A DNA stretch of 64,000 nucleotides from Selaginella moellendorffii (Eukaryota > Plantae > Lycopodiophyta), in assembly GCF_000143415.4 (NCBI RefSeq), contig NW_003314278.1, positions 388,371-452,370 of the forward strand, written 5' to 3'. The notes below the pieces were generated by a model. That model was not told the origin of the DNA and did no database searches. It saw only the letters and a list, made by a program, of their open reading frames with translations. Numbering within the stretch: the stretch's first letter is position 1; every line of letters starts with the position of its first letter. Positions 51,411 to 62,909 of the stretch are shown piece after piece. The translations under genes were made by a program, and so were the position numbers.

Positions 51411-52309
51411 TGCAAATTTGCTTATGCACATGGTTGGGTATGGAATTGTTATACTCAGGCAAAACATATGTTGCACACTCACTTTCATGAAATTAACCAT
51501 ATGTATTTCTATAGAAGGCATGCTAAATCCACATCATAACCTAGAAAATAAAGAGTTTAGAAATTCCATTTGCCTTAGACACCCTTAGTATCAATGCCAA
51601 TATGATTCATGATGCATCTAGAAGAAAATAACTTCAAATAAACTTTTGAGTTTTCTTGATAAAATACTTGCAATTAAATTCAGTTAAATAGTTCATCCTA
51701 TATCTTCTAACTATAGTGATCTTAGTGGTTCCTATACTACACTTTTAGTTTATTGAATGATAACTTAATTGGAATACTCTTTTGTTCTAATATAAGAGTT
51801 ATTCACTATTAATTTGATATTTCTAAAATATCTTTGTTTATGACTTTAATATTATCCATTTTATTGTTCTTGAAGTTTGGGCCAGTATATGCAAACTAAC
51901 TTCAACACTTCGTATATATATAAAATATTTAGTCATAGGATAATTAGAATTGACTAGTCACATAACTCACTTGTTCCTATTTCCATTAAAAAGGCATGAC
52001 TATATAAACAACTCTAATTGTTTGTTTATAGTAGTCTATCTAAACTTTATTGATAGGTTTATTTTATATATTCAAGAAGGTTAGGTGTTTTATCACTTAA
52101 AAGTAAAAATACATTAACTTTTATAAGCTAGGTGATACCTAAAATAGCAAGGGTGCTCTATTGGTCATTTCCTTGTTGGTGATGGCTAAAAGGTATTTGA
52201 GTGCTAGCATATTTTATGTAAATAGAGATAATTCTTTAACTCAATTAAGTTGGTAAATTTCTTAATGTCTTCATTGACCATTGACTAATAATCCCTATTG
52301 AGCTAAGGA

Positions 52310-52580
52310 GAATCAACACCCCCATTTCCACTTTTAATTTTATAGGTAAGAATATATCTTATTCAAGGGTAAATAATATTTTTAAGGAGCCACTAATCAA
52401 TAAGAATTGAATTGATGCCATTTACTATGATACCATATGTAATGTATTCTATCAATTTCCCTTTAATTAACTAAAAAAAGAGCAATGCTTTATAAAAAAG
52501 CTTTTAGTGGTTATTTTATCCTTATATATCATTTAATGTTCTAAGGATTCATGGTGACGGTATATTGAAATCTCATCCTT
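52310..52580 (-). mobile_element. Second, decayed copy of the TRIM family
   Basis: Reverse-complement similarity to the 37779-38545 TRIM (without the MITE), including the PBS TGGTATCA at 52435-52428. Confidence 0.65.
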
Positions 52581-53849
52581 AAAAAATAAAATTACAGAGT
52601 GATATTAAAATAATCCTAGAGCATCCTTAATTCTTGGTTTAACAACAATATTTGAATCTCCTCATCTTTCAGCTTTATGTTCACTATATTTTTTTCACTT
52701 TTTCTTCACTGTCCTCATGATTGCAGTTCCCAAATTTCACCGTTCTGCAAGTCACCTAGATGTGGGAATTTAATCATTGTATCAGGTGAGTCTTCCCTAC
52801 AATCTCAATATAGGAGATGTAGTAGGAATTAATATATTGATAATGAGGTGGAAGAAAGTTAATTGCATCCTTACTTGAAATGATAAGTCTATTATATATT
52901 AATGACAATGTCAGATCTTATAATTACAAATTAGTATTTTCATCTATAACCATTACTTTCATCCAAGATTACCGTTCAATATTGGAAGTGTAGATGGACT
53001 TGATTCTCTGATGTCAGACAACTTCAATTCTTTCAAAAAGTTTGATTTCTATTATTATTATGCACAAACAACTTCTAAAAATTCCTAATGGAGGTTCACT
53101 ATAAAAATATGCTTTGATCTTCTTATATAGGAGAATTGGGATATAAGTAGGAAAAAAGAGTTTTTTATATGAATTAATATATAAACTATGATGCCATCAA
53201 AAGTTGGTGCTTTTTATCATATTGTTTATTTCTTCATTTCTTTTACTCTAGACTATCTAGACTATTGTTTTTCACTTTATACTATTCTTTCAAAAATAAT
53301 AAAAGCATTTTTATTAATGGTGACAATAATTTATACATTCCCAAATGGGTCATAAGGACTAAGAGTGTAATATAGAAATTGTGGTAGTAAGAAAAACTTT
53401 ATATTCTCATATTCACTTATGCTATAACTCTTACTAACAGATTTAAATAACTATCACAAATTAAACTTAATAAATCTAGAATTAAAACTCTACTATTATT
53501 ATTTTTAATACAACATTACATAATATATTATTTGCTTACAAGCTGTTTTTATAATTTTATTAGTATAGATTTTGTTGAAGTACAATAAGCTGATATAAAT
53601 ATTATTGTAATCTATTTTATAATATTATAATTGATACCTAAGAAAATTCAAGTTGTGAGTGCATGGAATATGGAAAAAGAATACAAAAAATATGTATATC
53701 AATTAGCCTAAAAACCCTAACTTATATATAAGAGCGAGTGGTCCGGATTGAAACCAATTCAACGGTTACCAAAACCCCACTATCCTAATATTAGTATACA
53801 GCATCATAATCGTATATTTAGACTTCATATCATAATAATGGAAGACTAT

Positions 53850-56156
53850 CAGATTCTGTGCTCACCACATTCTCGCCCAGGCGCCCACCACTGGAGATCG
53901 CTCCTCCTTGCTGCAAATCTTCGCTGGATGGCACTTCCTCGTCAAGGGCTCAGAACAATGCCATGGGAAAACAAACTAGGCTCACAAGCACAAGCACTGC
54001 TTTTCCGGCGTATGTAATGGTCTTCCCGTGCTCATTTTGCTTATACTCTTGCCAGTCCAGATCACTTATTCCTATCTTCGCCACCCTTTGGCCTCAAGCA
54101 TTTTCCAAGATAAAATAGAGGCCTGTAGTTCATCAACATCCAAGGCGTGGAGTGACCACAACGCAACTTGTGATGAGATGAGTTAGTGACCTGGTATACT
54201 TTTTTGTGTTATGCCATCTGCTCTTTGGAAACTTTTGAGAAAGCTTGCTCTCAGCCGATTGAGTTTGAGCTTAGTCAAGGCTCTCACAGGTTTATTGGAT
54301 CTCTGGTGCAACCCTGGAGTTTTGTTTGCGGGTGAGTAAGCTTTCACGGTTTCAGAGCAATATATTATATTATTGCCAAGAAAAGGCATCAAAACTTGGA
54401 GCTCCAGAGTCTCACGCCCCGAGGATTTGAAAGGATCCAAACCTATGGACCTCCAGCTTGGACAACCAAGTGAAGAATAGATTCCCGGGACCATGGTGCC
54501 TGGATCAAATCAAACTCGAGCTCAGACAAGCCATCTTCCAGAACAATATCTCAAACGGATACTTTGTTTCTCAAAAATAGCTTCTGCATCAGCTGCTTGC
54601 TCAGATTGAGATGCAGAGTCCATCCAACCCGTTTTGTTTGCCATGGCCTCGCCAGAGCATGGAGAAAGTGAGAGTTTCATTCCATCGAGAAGAGAATGGT
54701 TTCTTTCTTGAGCTTGACAGCAGCAACGCGCTGCGCGCCATGCGCCCACAAAACGAAAATCTGTTGCGCCGCTGTTTACATTATGGTATACGTTAAGAAG
54801 CAATTAGTGTACACTTTGGACGGGATCCTGATGGCCGGATATCTGGCTAGAATAAAAAAATATATTGGCAAGGTCACAGGTTCGAACCCACAGCCAGAGA
54901 CCCAATCAAATTTTTTTGTATGAACGAGGGATTTCTCTTCTCCGCAAAGTCGCGGAGCTAAATCTTCTCTCGTGCCGATCCCCCAGGCGCGACGCCACGA
55001 ATGATCCACGCCGCCGCGCCGGGTTCAGGCTCTTGGATCGCGCGATATTCTTGGATTTCGCTGGCAAATGTGAGCAGCAGGAACAGGGCATTCGATCGAT
55101 GCGGCGTCAGTCTTGTTCGATTAGGAGTTCCGTGAACGTCTCCTGGAACGCGATGATCACCGCGTATGTGGCGGCATCCCGCATCCGAGAAGAAATCTTT
55201 GATTTCATGCCGGATGAAGACGGTATTGATTCGGCAGTAGCTGCTCTCCAGGATCCGCGCGTGGATCCTCTGGCCTCGCAGCCCCTGGATGTCGTCCACG
55301 TGGGCAGTCAGATGGATTCCAAATCTTAAATCCAATAAGAGGAGCTGAAACAATATTTTGTTATCTCCCAGTGTTCATGGCTTTGTGGTTATAGCATGCA
55401 CACTGTAATGTTCTATTGTGAAGGGTTGCTGGGTTTGATTCTCATCCGCCTCGACTTTCAATTAAGAATATAATACGGTGTTAGGGTCGCCCCCTAACAT
55501 GAACACTACTTTATTATTTTCACCTAAGATTAACTGTCGACATTATTACGGACTTAAACAAACAGATCATTAAAAAGTATTAACTTAGGTGCATCTCCAC
55601 TGTAGTCATGCAATCAAATTTTGTGGAAGGGAAGATATATATTTGATTTGCACACAAACAGCACAAACATGCCATTGAGCTTACCAATTCGATCATATAT
55701 ACCAGTTGTCACTTCAGCATAATCTATCAATCACACACAATGTTGTGCCATTGAATTCTCGATGACCCTGCCAGCATATACAAGCCTTCCTCACCATTTG
55801 AACAAGAAAGACGCTAGACAACAAGCTAGAAATAGTGAATGAGAATGAACTTTTAAACGCAGTTTATATTAGTGGTAACTACAAACAAATAAAAGGTTAA
55901 GAGCGATACATCACAGCCGTTGGATTAAAGGATATCTTAGAATATACCATCCAAACCGTTAGATTTTAGTGCGGCTACGGTGAGAGAGACTCAGGTATTC
56001 GTCTTCCTCTGTGCAGCGGAAAGCTGCCATCTCTCGATGTTTGGGTGGCTTGAATCCCTCAGAGCTCTCCATCCGGTTGCACCCAGACAAAGGCGACGTT
56101 TTCCATCCCCTCTCTCTCAACTACACAACGGGCCTGTCGTGCCGGACTTGGGACGA
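53850..56156 (+). repeat. ~2.3-kb direct duplication, copy B
   Basis: Near-identical to 31607-34071 apart from indels. It continues uninterrupted toward the TPS 3' half. Confidence 0.92.
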
Positions 56157-56342
56157 GCTGGTCCAGGAGCTCAGCTGCATCTATTCTGACGCAATTGCTT
56201 CGCTCCCTGACACATCCCTTCTGGACGCCAAGACGCGGCAAAATGCGGCGATCATCCAAGGCATCCAGCCGCCCAAGGACGAAAGGGAGCCGGCTTGTCT
56301 TCAATTATGTAATATTTGGTTTGAAAATTGGTGTTCGTCCAG

Positions 56343-58847
56343 GATTCCTTTGGATAGATTCCATTCCACTCCCATCACGTTGCTATATTCCTTGGAGGGC
56401 CTTCAAGATCTTGAGATCGACTGGCAAAAGATCCTCAAGCTTCAGTCCAAAGATGGATCCATTTTTAACTCGCCCTCGTCAACCGCATGTGTTTACTTGA
56501 AGACCAAGGACAAGAAGTCGTTGCAATACTTACAAAAAACTATGAAACATCAAAACTATGCTGGTAAACCGGCTGTCTTCTTCAATCCTCTGTACTAATC
56601 GACTATGCTGTGCAGTTTCTTGCCATTACCCTATTGATCTCTTCGAAAGTTTACGGGTGGTCGACACCATTGAGCGCTTGGGCATTGATCTCTTCTTCAG
56701 AGATGAAATCAAAGCCGTCCTTGACAACCTGTATAGGTACAATGCTGCTATACTTTTAGTACTTACTTTGGGTTTGCACCAGCTTTTGGACAAACGAAGG
56801 AATTGGATGGGGATCTACGTGCATAGTCAATGACATCGAGGACACAGCAATGGCCTTCCGTACCCTTCGGATGCATGGGTATAGTGTATCTCCAGGTACA
56901 AAAACGTTTTGTGATGGAAGAATCTAAATCTCGGAACTACGCACAGATGCATTCAACCAGTTCTGGCTGCCAGGAGACAAGTTTTGTTGCTTTGTTGGTG
57001 AATTGTCACATGAGGTCTCTGCAATGCTCAACTTGTATCGGGCTTCCCAGGTTGATTTTCCGAATGAGGAGATTCTTACAAAGACTTTCAAGTACTCCCA
57101 CGATTATTTACTTAATGTTGAGAGCTCTCACACATCGGCAACCAAGAAAAACCTCATGGGAGAGGTAATGAGATCTAGATAGCTTGATTGTCCTCGTCGC
57201 CACCTTTGATCTGTTCGAACAGTAGAAAAAACAGAATAAAAAAAAGATTCAAGCCAAAGTTAGATCGTACCCAAGGTGGATAGAGATTTTTTATGGAACG
57301 CTTTGTGGAGTTCTTGATCATGAGCTCCAATTCCAATTCCTCATCCTCCCTGCTCCACAGTGGTGGTCTTCCATTTGCATCGCGATTGTCAAATTCCATC
57401 CGCTCCAGTGCCTATTATTCCAGATGTATCTATTATCTCTACAGGTCACATTTGAGCTAGCAAATCCATTTCATGACTGCTTGCCAAGGATTTACAACAA
57501 TGCATATATCAAGCACTATAGCATTGATGATCCTTGGATTGCTAAGACTATTTATCGGTAAGTGACATTCATACTAACCTTTATAACTTCTCTCTCTTAC
57601 ATCTCTTTTGTTAAAAGATTGCCTCTTGTGAATAAGAAAGTGCTTCTAGAACTTGCAAATCGGTATGCTCAACAATGTCAATCCTATCAACCTTCTGAGC
57701 TGAAAATATTGGTGAAGTAAGTGAAAAAATAGTTTTATTAAACAAACAGTAATTCATTGGTGTGTTTTTATTTAGATGGTGGCATTCATCGCACTTTGAA
57801 GATATCCCTTCTACAAGATTTAAAGCTAATATTAATATGCTCCCCTATATTTACTATGTTATTTGTGCAACTTTCCATGAGCAAGAATTTGGCCCGTTGA
57901 GACTTTTTTTTACCAAAACTTGCTGCATGAATACTTTATTTGATGATATTTTGGATAGCGCAAAAAGTATTACAGAGCTTGATAGTCTCCAAAATATGAT
58001 TGAAAGGTTATATACATCAATTTTTAAAAGTTAAAATAACACTTTCTTTTTTGTTTCCATCCAGCTGGGATACATCTTTTTTATCACAAAAAGAATATAA
58101 GATTATCTTTCAAGAATTTTATAATACCATTCTTGTTATGACTAAAATGGCTTCTAAAATAAATGAAAATCTATCTCCGGAATTCATCCACAAATACCTT
58201 TTAGCAATTGTAAGTATTTTCTATTTATTTTTGCCACGGCTTAATAGGGTTGTTCACATTAATCTTTACAGTATGCTAAGCTTATAAAATCTGGGATTAC
58301 TGATGCTCGTTGGAAAATTCAAGGTTTTGAGGAGTATATGGAAAATGCTGAAGTTAGCATCTCCATTGCAACTCACCTACTTATGGGCATATTATTTTGT
58401 GGTGACCCTTTAACAGAAGATTTATTAAACATCATTTGTGATGGCAGGCTTCTTAAACTTGGTAGTATCATCTCTAGGATTTGCAACGACATCCAAACAT
58501 ATAAGGTTCCTTCTCTTCCTATATTTGGCTTTTATTATTTTTAATCTCTTTCTTTCTTTTTAGGTTGAGATGAAACTGGGGCAATCGTTTCTTGTTATAT
58601 GAAAGACCACCCAGGTGCAACTGAAGAAGATGCACTAGCATACTTACAAAGTTTGCTTGAGAAAACCAAAAAGCAACTCAACGAAATCTATTTCACTGAA
58701 AAAAATCTACCCAAAAATATCAAAAGGTTTAACTTTGATATAGTACGGATGATGCTGTTCACCTACAACAAAACAAAGCAGATAGATCTCTTTAGAAACC
58801 CAGATAAAGAGCTTCAAAGCATGATTGAATTTTGTTTGAAAACTTAA
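56343..58847 (+). pseudogene. Diterpene synthase (miltiradiene-synthase-like) 3' half
   Basis: [44 protein letters not shown]; class II motif read as DIED (56832-56843); class I DDILD (57942-57956); RICNDIQTY. A frameshifting deletion lies near 58585. Confidence 0.92.
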
Positions 58848-58959
58848 CATACTATAAAGTTATAACTAATGGTTAAAAAAACATTTAAAGAAAAAACAAA
58901 AAGGTAAAGGTTAACTAGCCCTTTGTTTTTCTTTAGAGAACCTTCAACATCCACATCAG

Positions 58960-60722
58960 AAGGATAACACAAGCAACAAGTAGTGAAACGTTTCAGATCC
59001 TACAGTTCTATCCTTCTGCTGTGCGGGCGGCCACAAGATCTTCCTGCCAGCCAAAACTGAGAACTCAGGAAGGAGAAAAACGCAAGAAGAGAATACCTTT
59101 TGTGTTGAAGGCTCGATAACGTGGTCGACCTCCTGAGCACTGCTCAAATAAATACGCCATTACGACAAGTCCGTTCTTCCGCATGGATACGTGCTGCTTT
59201 TCCACTGCACCTTAAAGGTACGAGCATGGTAAAGTCCTGGATTTGCCACAAGAAACCCCCAACACAGGCAAATTTGTCAGCATTTCCATCTGATAATATT
59301 GGAAATCGAATTCCACCTTGTGAAACAAACAAAAAGTCAGCAACTTCCTGAGACTCCATAACACTCGTCAAGCTCTGTAAATTTTTTACGCGAGTTCCGT
59401 TCAACCTTCCTGCGTTTAAAGAACTCTCATATGTGTGCCGCTTGCTAGTTGTAACCCACCAGTAACCAAGAAATCATATCAAGTGAGAGAACTAGAAAAA
59501 GGAAAAAACCTTACAGATTGGTGGCACCAAGTGGCGCCGTCCTGGCCAAGGTGGCTCCTCTTGAAGCAGCTGACATTCAAGGCCATCACACACCGCCACG
59601 GCCACTGTCTCCTCAATTCAGCCTTTGGCTCCAAATGTTGGCGGTGATGGTCCAGGACACAGTTATCTTGCTTGGTGGACAAGATCTCGACGTCATCGTC
59701 GCAACAGCATCCGCATTGACATCTGGAATTACAACAAATGAACTCGAGGACATGCAAGGTTTTGGTGTTCAGATTGACACAAAGCAATATTAGAAATGGT
59801 AACTAAACGGAACAGAAGTGAGACGTATGGTCGAAATATAGTTACAATCTTACCTCCAATGGATGCTGCTCCTAGGCCTTCACATTATCCTGACAGGCAA
59901 GTGTTAGTGTGAAATACATGGAAAGCTAAGATGAGATGAGATGGAGGATCGCCAGGAAACAGGATACAAGTTACCAGAGCTTATCCATGGCAGCTGGCTG
60001 GAAGGCTCTTTTGGAGTAGAGGGGTTGATGCAAACGGTCAGACAGGGGATAGATATATATCGTGCAGGAATTAACAGGTAATGGCCTCGGGAGAAAAAAA
60101 GAGCAGGAAATAAAAAGCATTCTTGCGAGTTTTTCGCGGGGAAGTTCCTGCAGAAGTTTCAAAAGTGCATTGATATAGCTCGCGAGAAACAGCATACCTC
60201 CATCACGTCTTACTTGCTACATCTCCAAGTTGGAAAATTTCTAAGACCCGTGTCCGGCCGGCTACTTTCGACCGCCACCAAGCGATGCTAGTGAATGGCA
60301 AGACTGGGCTGTTGCGAGCCACTGCTCTAGCCTGGGAATGCCAAGTGGTCAGATCATATTTCAACCAAAGAGAGGAGCTTACCGCACTTGCTTTTGTTGG
60401 GGAAACATATGTTCCAGGCCATGCATGGACTGGAAGGCCAGTGAGATGCGATTGTCCACGAGAAATCTCAGAGCAATCATTCTCGAAAGGCACAAAGCCA
60501 GTTTGAAAGAGAAGAAGAAAAGAGAAAAACACTGACCATCATCCACTGTTGTTTGAGAGTCGAGCACAAAAGAGATCCTTCTTTGGCGTCACGAAATCGC
60601 AATCGTCGTGCTTCTTCTACACACAAATCAAACATCGCAATCGCGAGAAAGAAATGGGGCCACCATACGGTGGCTGGATTCTCCGACGGCAAGCTGTGCG
60701 GCATTGTGGGAGCCGCTCCCAC
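58960..60722 (-). other. Unidentified multi-exon gene-like remnant
   Basis: Exon-like GC-balanced blocks with splice-like boundaries, but with in-frame stops. No family recognised. Confidence 0.25.
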
Positions 60723-60981
60723 CGCTCATTGCTCCGCCGCAAGCGATTCGAGGCGCTGTAATCCTAATCCAAATCCTGGAGCTGCGCATTCCTTCTGGCG
60801 CCAATGGATCTCACCTCGCAGAAGAAGTTCAAATATTTAATTATTATTAAGAAAATTAAAATAATAAGCAATATACCATATACTGGGAATAAAGTGGTAT
60901 ATTCTCTAGTATTCAAAGCTCGCTTTTGCGTAGCTAGAAGAGGAGGACCACGCATTCCTCGCTTCCACAGCACCGCGCATT

Positions 60982-61790
60982 TTGAGAGCGTTTGATGTCC
61001 AGCAGCGCGGAGAGGACGAGGATCGACCGCTTCCGCGCCCGCTGCCGAGGTCTCGTCTCCTCTGGGTGTCGCTGCTCGTTCTCCTGGCCGCGATCTCGGC
61101 TGGAGGAATCGCGCCTCTCTTCCGTGCACCCGGCATTGGATTCCACACCGCTGGATCGGCCCGGGATGGAGCAGCAATGGCGCTGGGGTTTCACTTCCAG
61201 GCGCCCCCAAACAGCAGCATCTGGATGATCAGTCCAAACGCCCCGGTGTTCTACCTACCGCGGATTCTACCATCTCTTCTACCGATTCACCACTCCATCG
61301 TCATCCACGAGCAAGAACCAGAGCTCCTGGGGCCACGCCATCGCCAAGGACCTCCTCCACTGGACGCATCTCCCCACGGCGCTGGATCCCGGGCCAGAGA
61401 GGTACGACGAGCAAGGAATTCTTGGCGGATCCATGACGCTTCTCGTCCAGGGCCCCGTGATCCTCTACACTGGAATCTCCAGCGATGGCGCCACCACACA
61501 GAATGCCGCTGTCCCGGTCGATCCAGGCGACTCCATGCTCAAGCACTGGAAGAAGATCGCCCAAAACCCTCTCATTCCAGCAGGAGGAAGGGTGGCGATG
61601 AGAGATCCAAGCAGCGCGTGGAGGGATTCTTCTTGGCGGATCCTTCTTGGCGGCGAGAATGCCAGCGATGGCGTTGGATTCGTCTACTGGAGCAACGATT
61701 TCCTGGACGGGGAGTGGAAGAGGCTGGAGACACCACTGCTGCGAATGCCAGGAGCTGGGATTTTGGAATCTCCAGATTTCTTCCAGGTTC
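60982..61790 (+). pseudogene. GH32 vacuolar-invertase-like gene fragment, frameshifted and truncated
   Basis: Hydrophobic N-terminal anchor, GFHFQ, WMISPNAPVFY, FYHLFY, WGHAIAKDLLHW, ILYTG, RDPSSAW, LESPDFF. A 4-nt CTAC duplication at ~61255 shifts the frame. Confidence 0.88.
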
Positions 61791-62709
61791 CATCGGCAGG
61801 ATTTGCATCTCGTTGCTTTTAGCAAGGCCAGACTTTTTCGTGGAGTGGCAGCGAGCTCGTTCTTGAGCTGGTGAAAGTCCTCCTCACACTCATGGTGGCG
61901 GGTATCAGAGGTAAGCTTTTGGAGTGCTTACGTTCTCCCGTTCTGGACGTGCTGCCTTAGGAGATCAAGCAGAAGTTACAGGAAACGGTTTCTACGTCCA
62001 AAGTTCTGGAAAAAGACCTGTTGGAGCTCATGGCGATCACAGGTGATCCTTTCCTCGTCTTGACACGTCGAAGCGGTGGTCACGATAATGTACTGCGAAG
62101 TGTTGGCATCGAGCCTTCTCCCGGAGTTTTCAGCTCGAAAGGTTTGCAAGCCACGAGCTGTGAGCGGACCGGGAACTGGTCGAAAAAAGACGAGGCACTG
62201 GTTGAGTTGCGAGCAAGTATGAAAGGAAAGAAGAAGGAAAACGAGTACCGAAGCGAAGCGAAGTCAGTGTTTAGCTCACTCGGCTTGAAAGACGACAACT
62301 TTTACGTTCGAGCCTTCCTCACCACGGCGTGCCCGCTCAAGGCATGAGTTTTATATCCTTTTTCTTTTCGATTCTTTTGAGAACTCTTTCTTTCCTGCAG
62401 GCCTCCGCGGACGATTTTCTACTCGACTTGAGCTCCGCGATAGAAATAATGAAAACGGGACTCAGCATCAGGCCAAAGCAAGAAAAAGCCCGGTGTTTGC
62501 TTCAAAACATGATCCTGTTCCAAGGCAAGCTCGAGTGCATGACAACGCTTCTAAATCCCAGGGACGCCAGACACGAGCTCCTCGACTTGGCTGCTCTGCA
62601 AAAATCAGTCCAAGCACTGCGAGAGAAGCTTGAGAAAGGGAAGGAACTTCTGCGCGACCACGTCAAAAGGCTGCTAACCAATCGCTGGGACTTGCGAGAG
62701 TGGCAATAA
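61790..62709 (+). pseudogene. Duplicate of the helicase 3' exons
   Basis: Near-identical to 19888-20818, with a small deletion at ~61850 and TGG->TAG at ~61958. Confidence 0.9.
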
Positions 62710-62909
62710 GCTTGATCTCATGTAGATAGTACCATAGAGCGAACTACGTAAAATAGAGAAAACGTTAACAGCAAACAACTATAAGCAACAGAAACCTTAG
62801 CGATACTTGAAAAAAATATTAACTTAGCCACAGTTAAAATCACAACTTTTTACCTTTCGTTCTATTGATAATTACAGCACGATTCATTCCCAAGTGGTGT
62901 GTTTGACTC

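Noticed and set aside
27047-56342. Helitron or Pack-MULE assignment for the whole insert
   Set aside because: I found no TC start, CTRR end with hairpin, long TIRs or TSD at the inferred boundaries.
26171-58847. Terpenoid biosynthetic gene cluster
   Set aside because: No P450, dehydrogenase or transferase genes are recognisable nearby, and the TPS itself is frameshifted.
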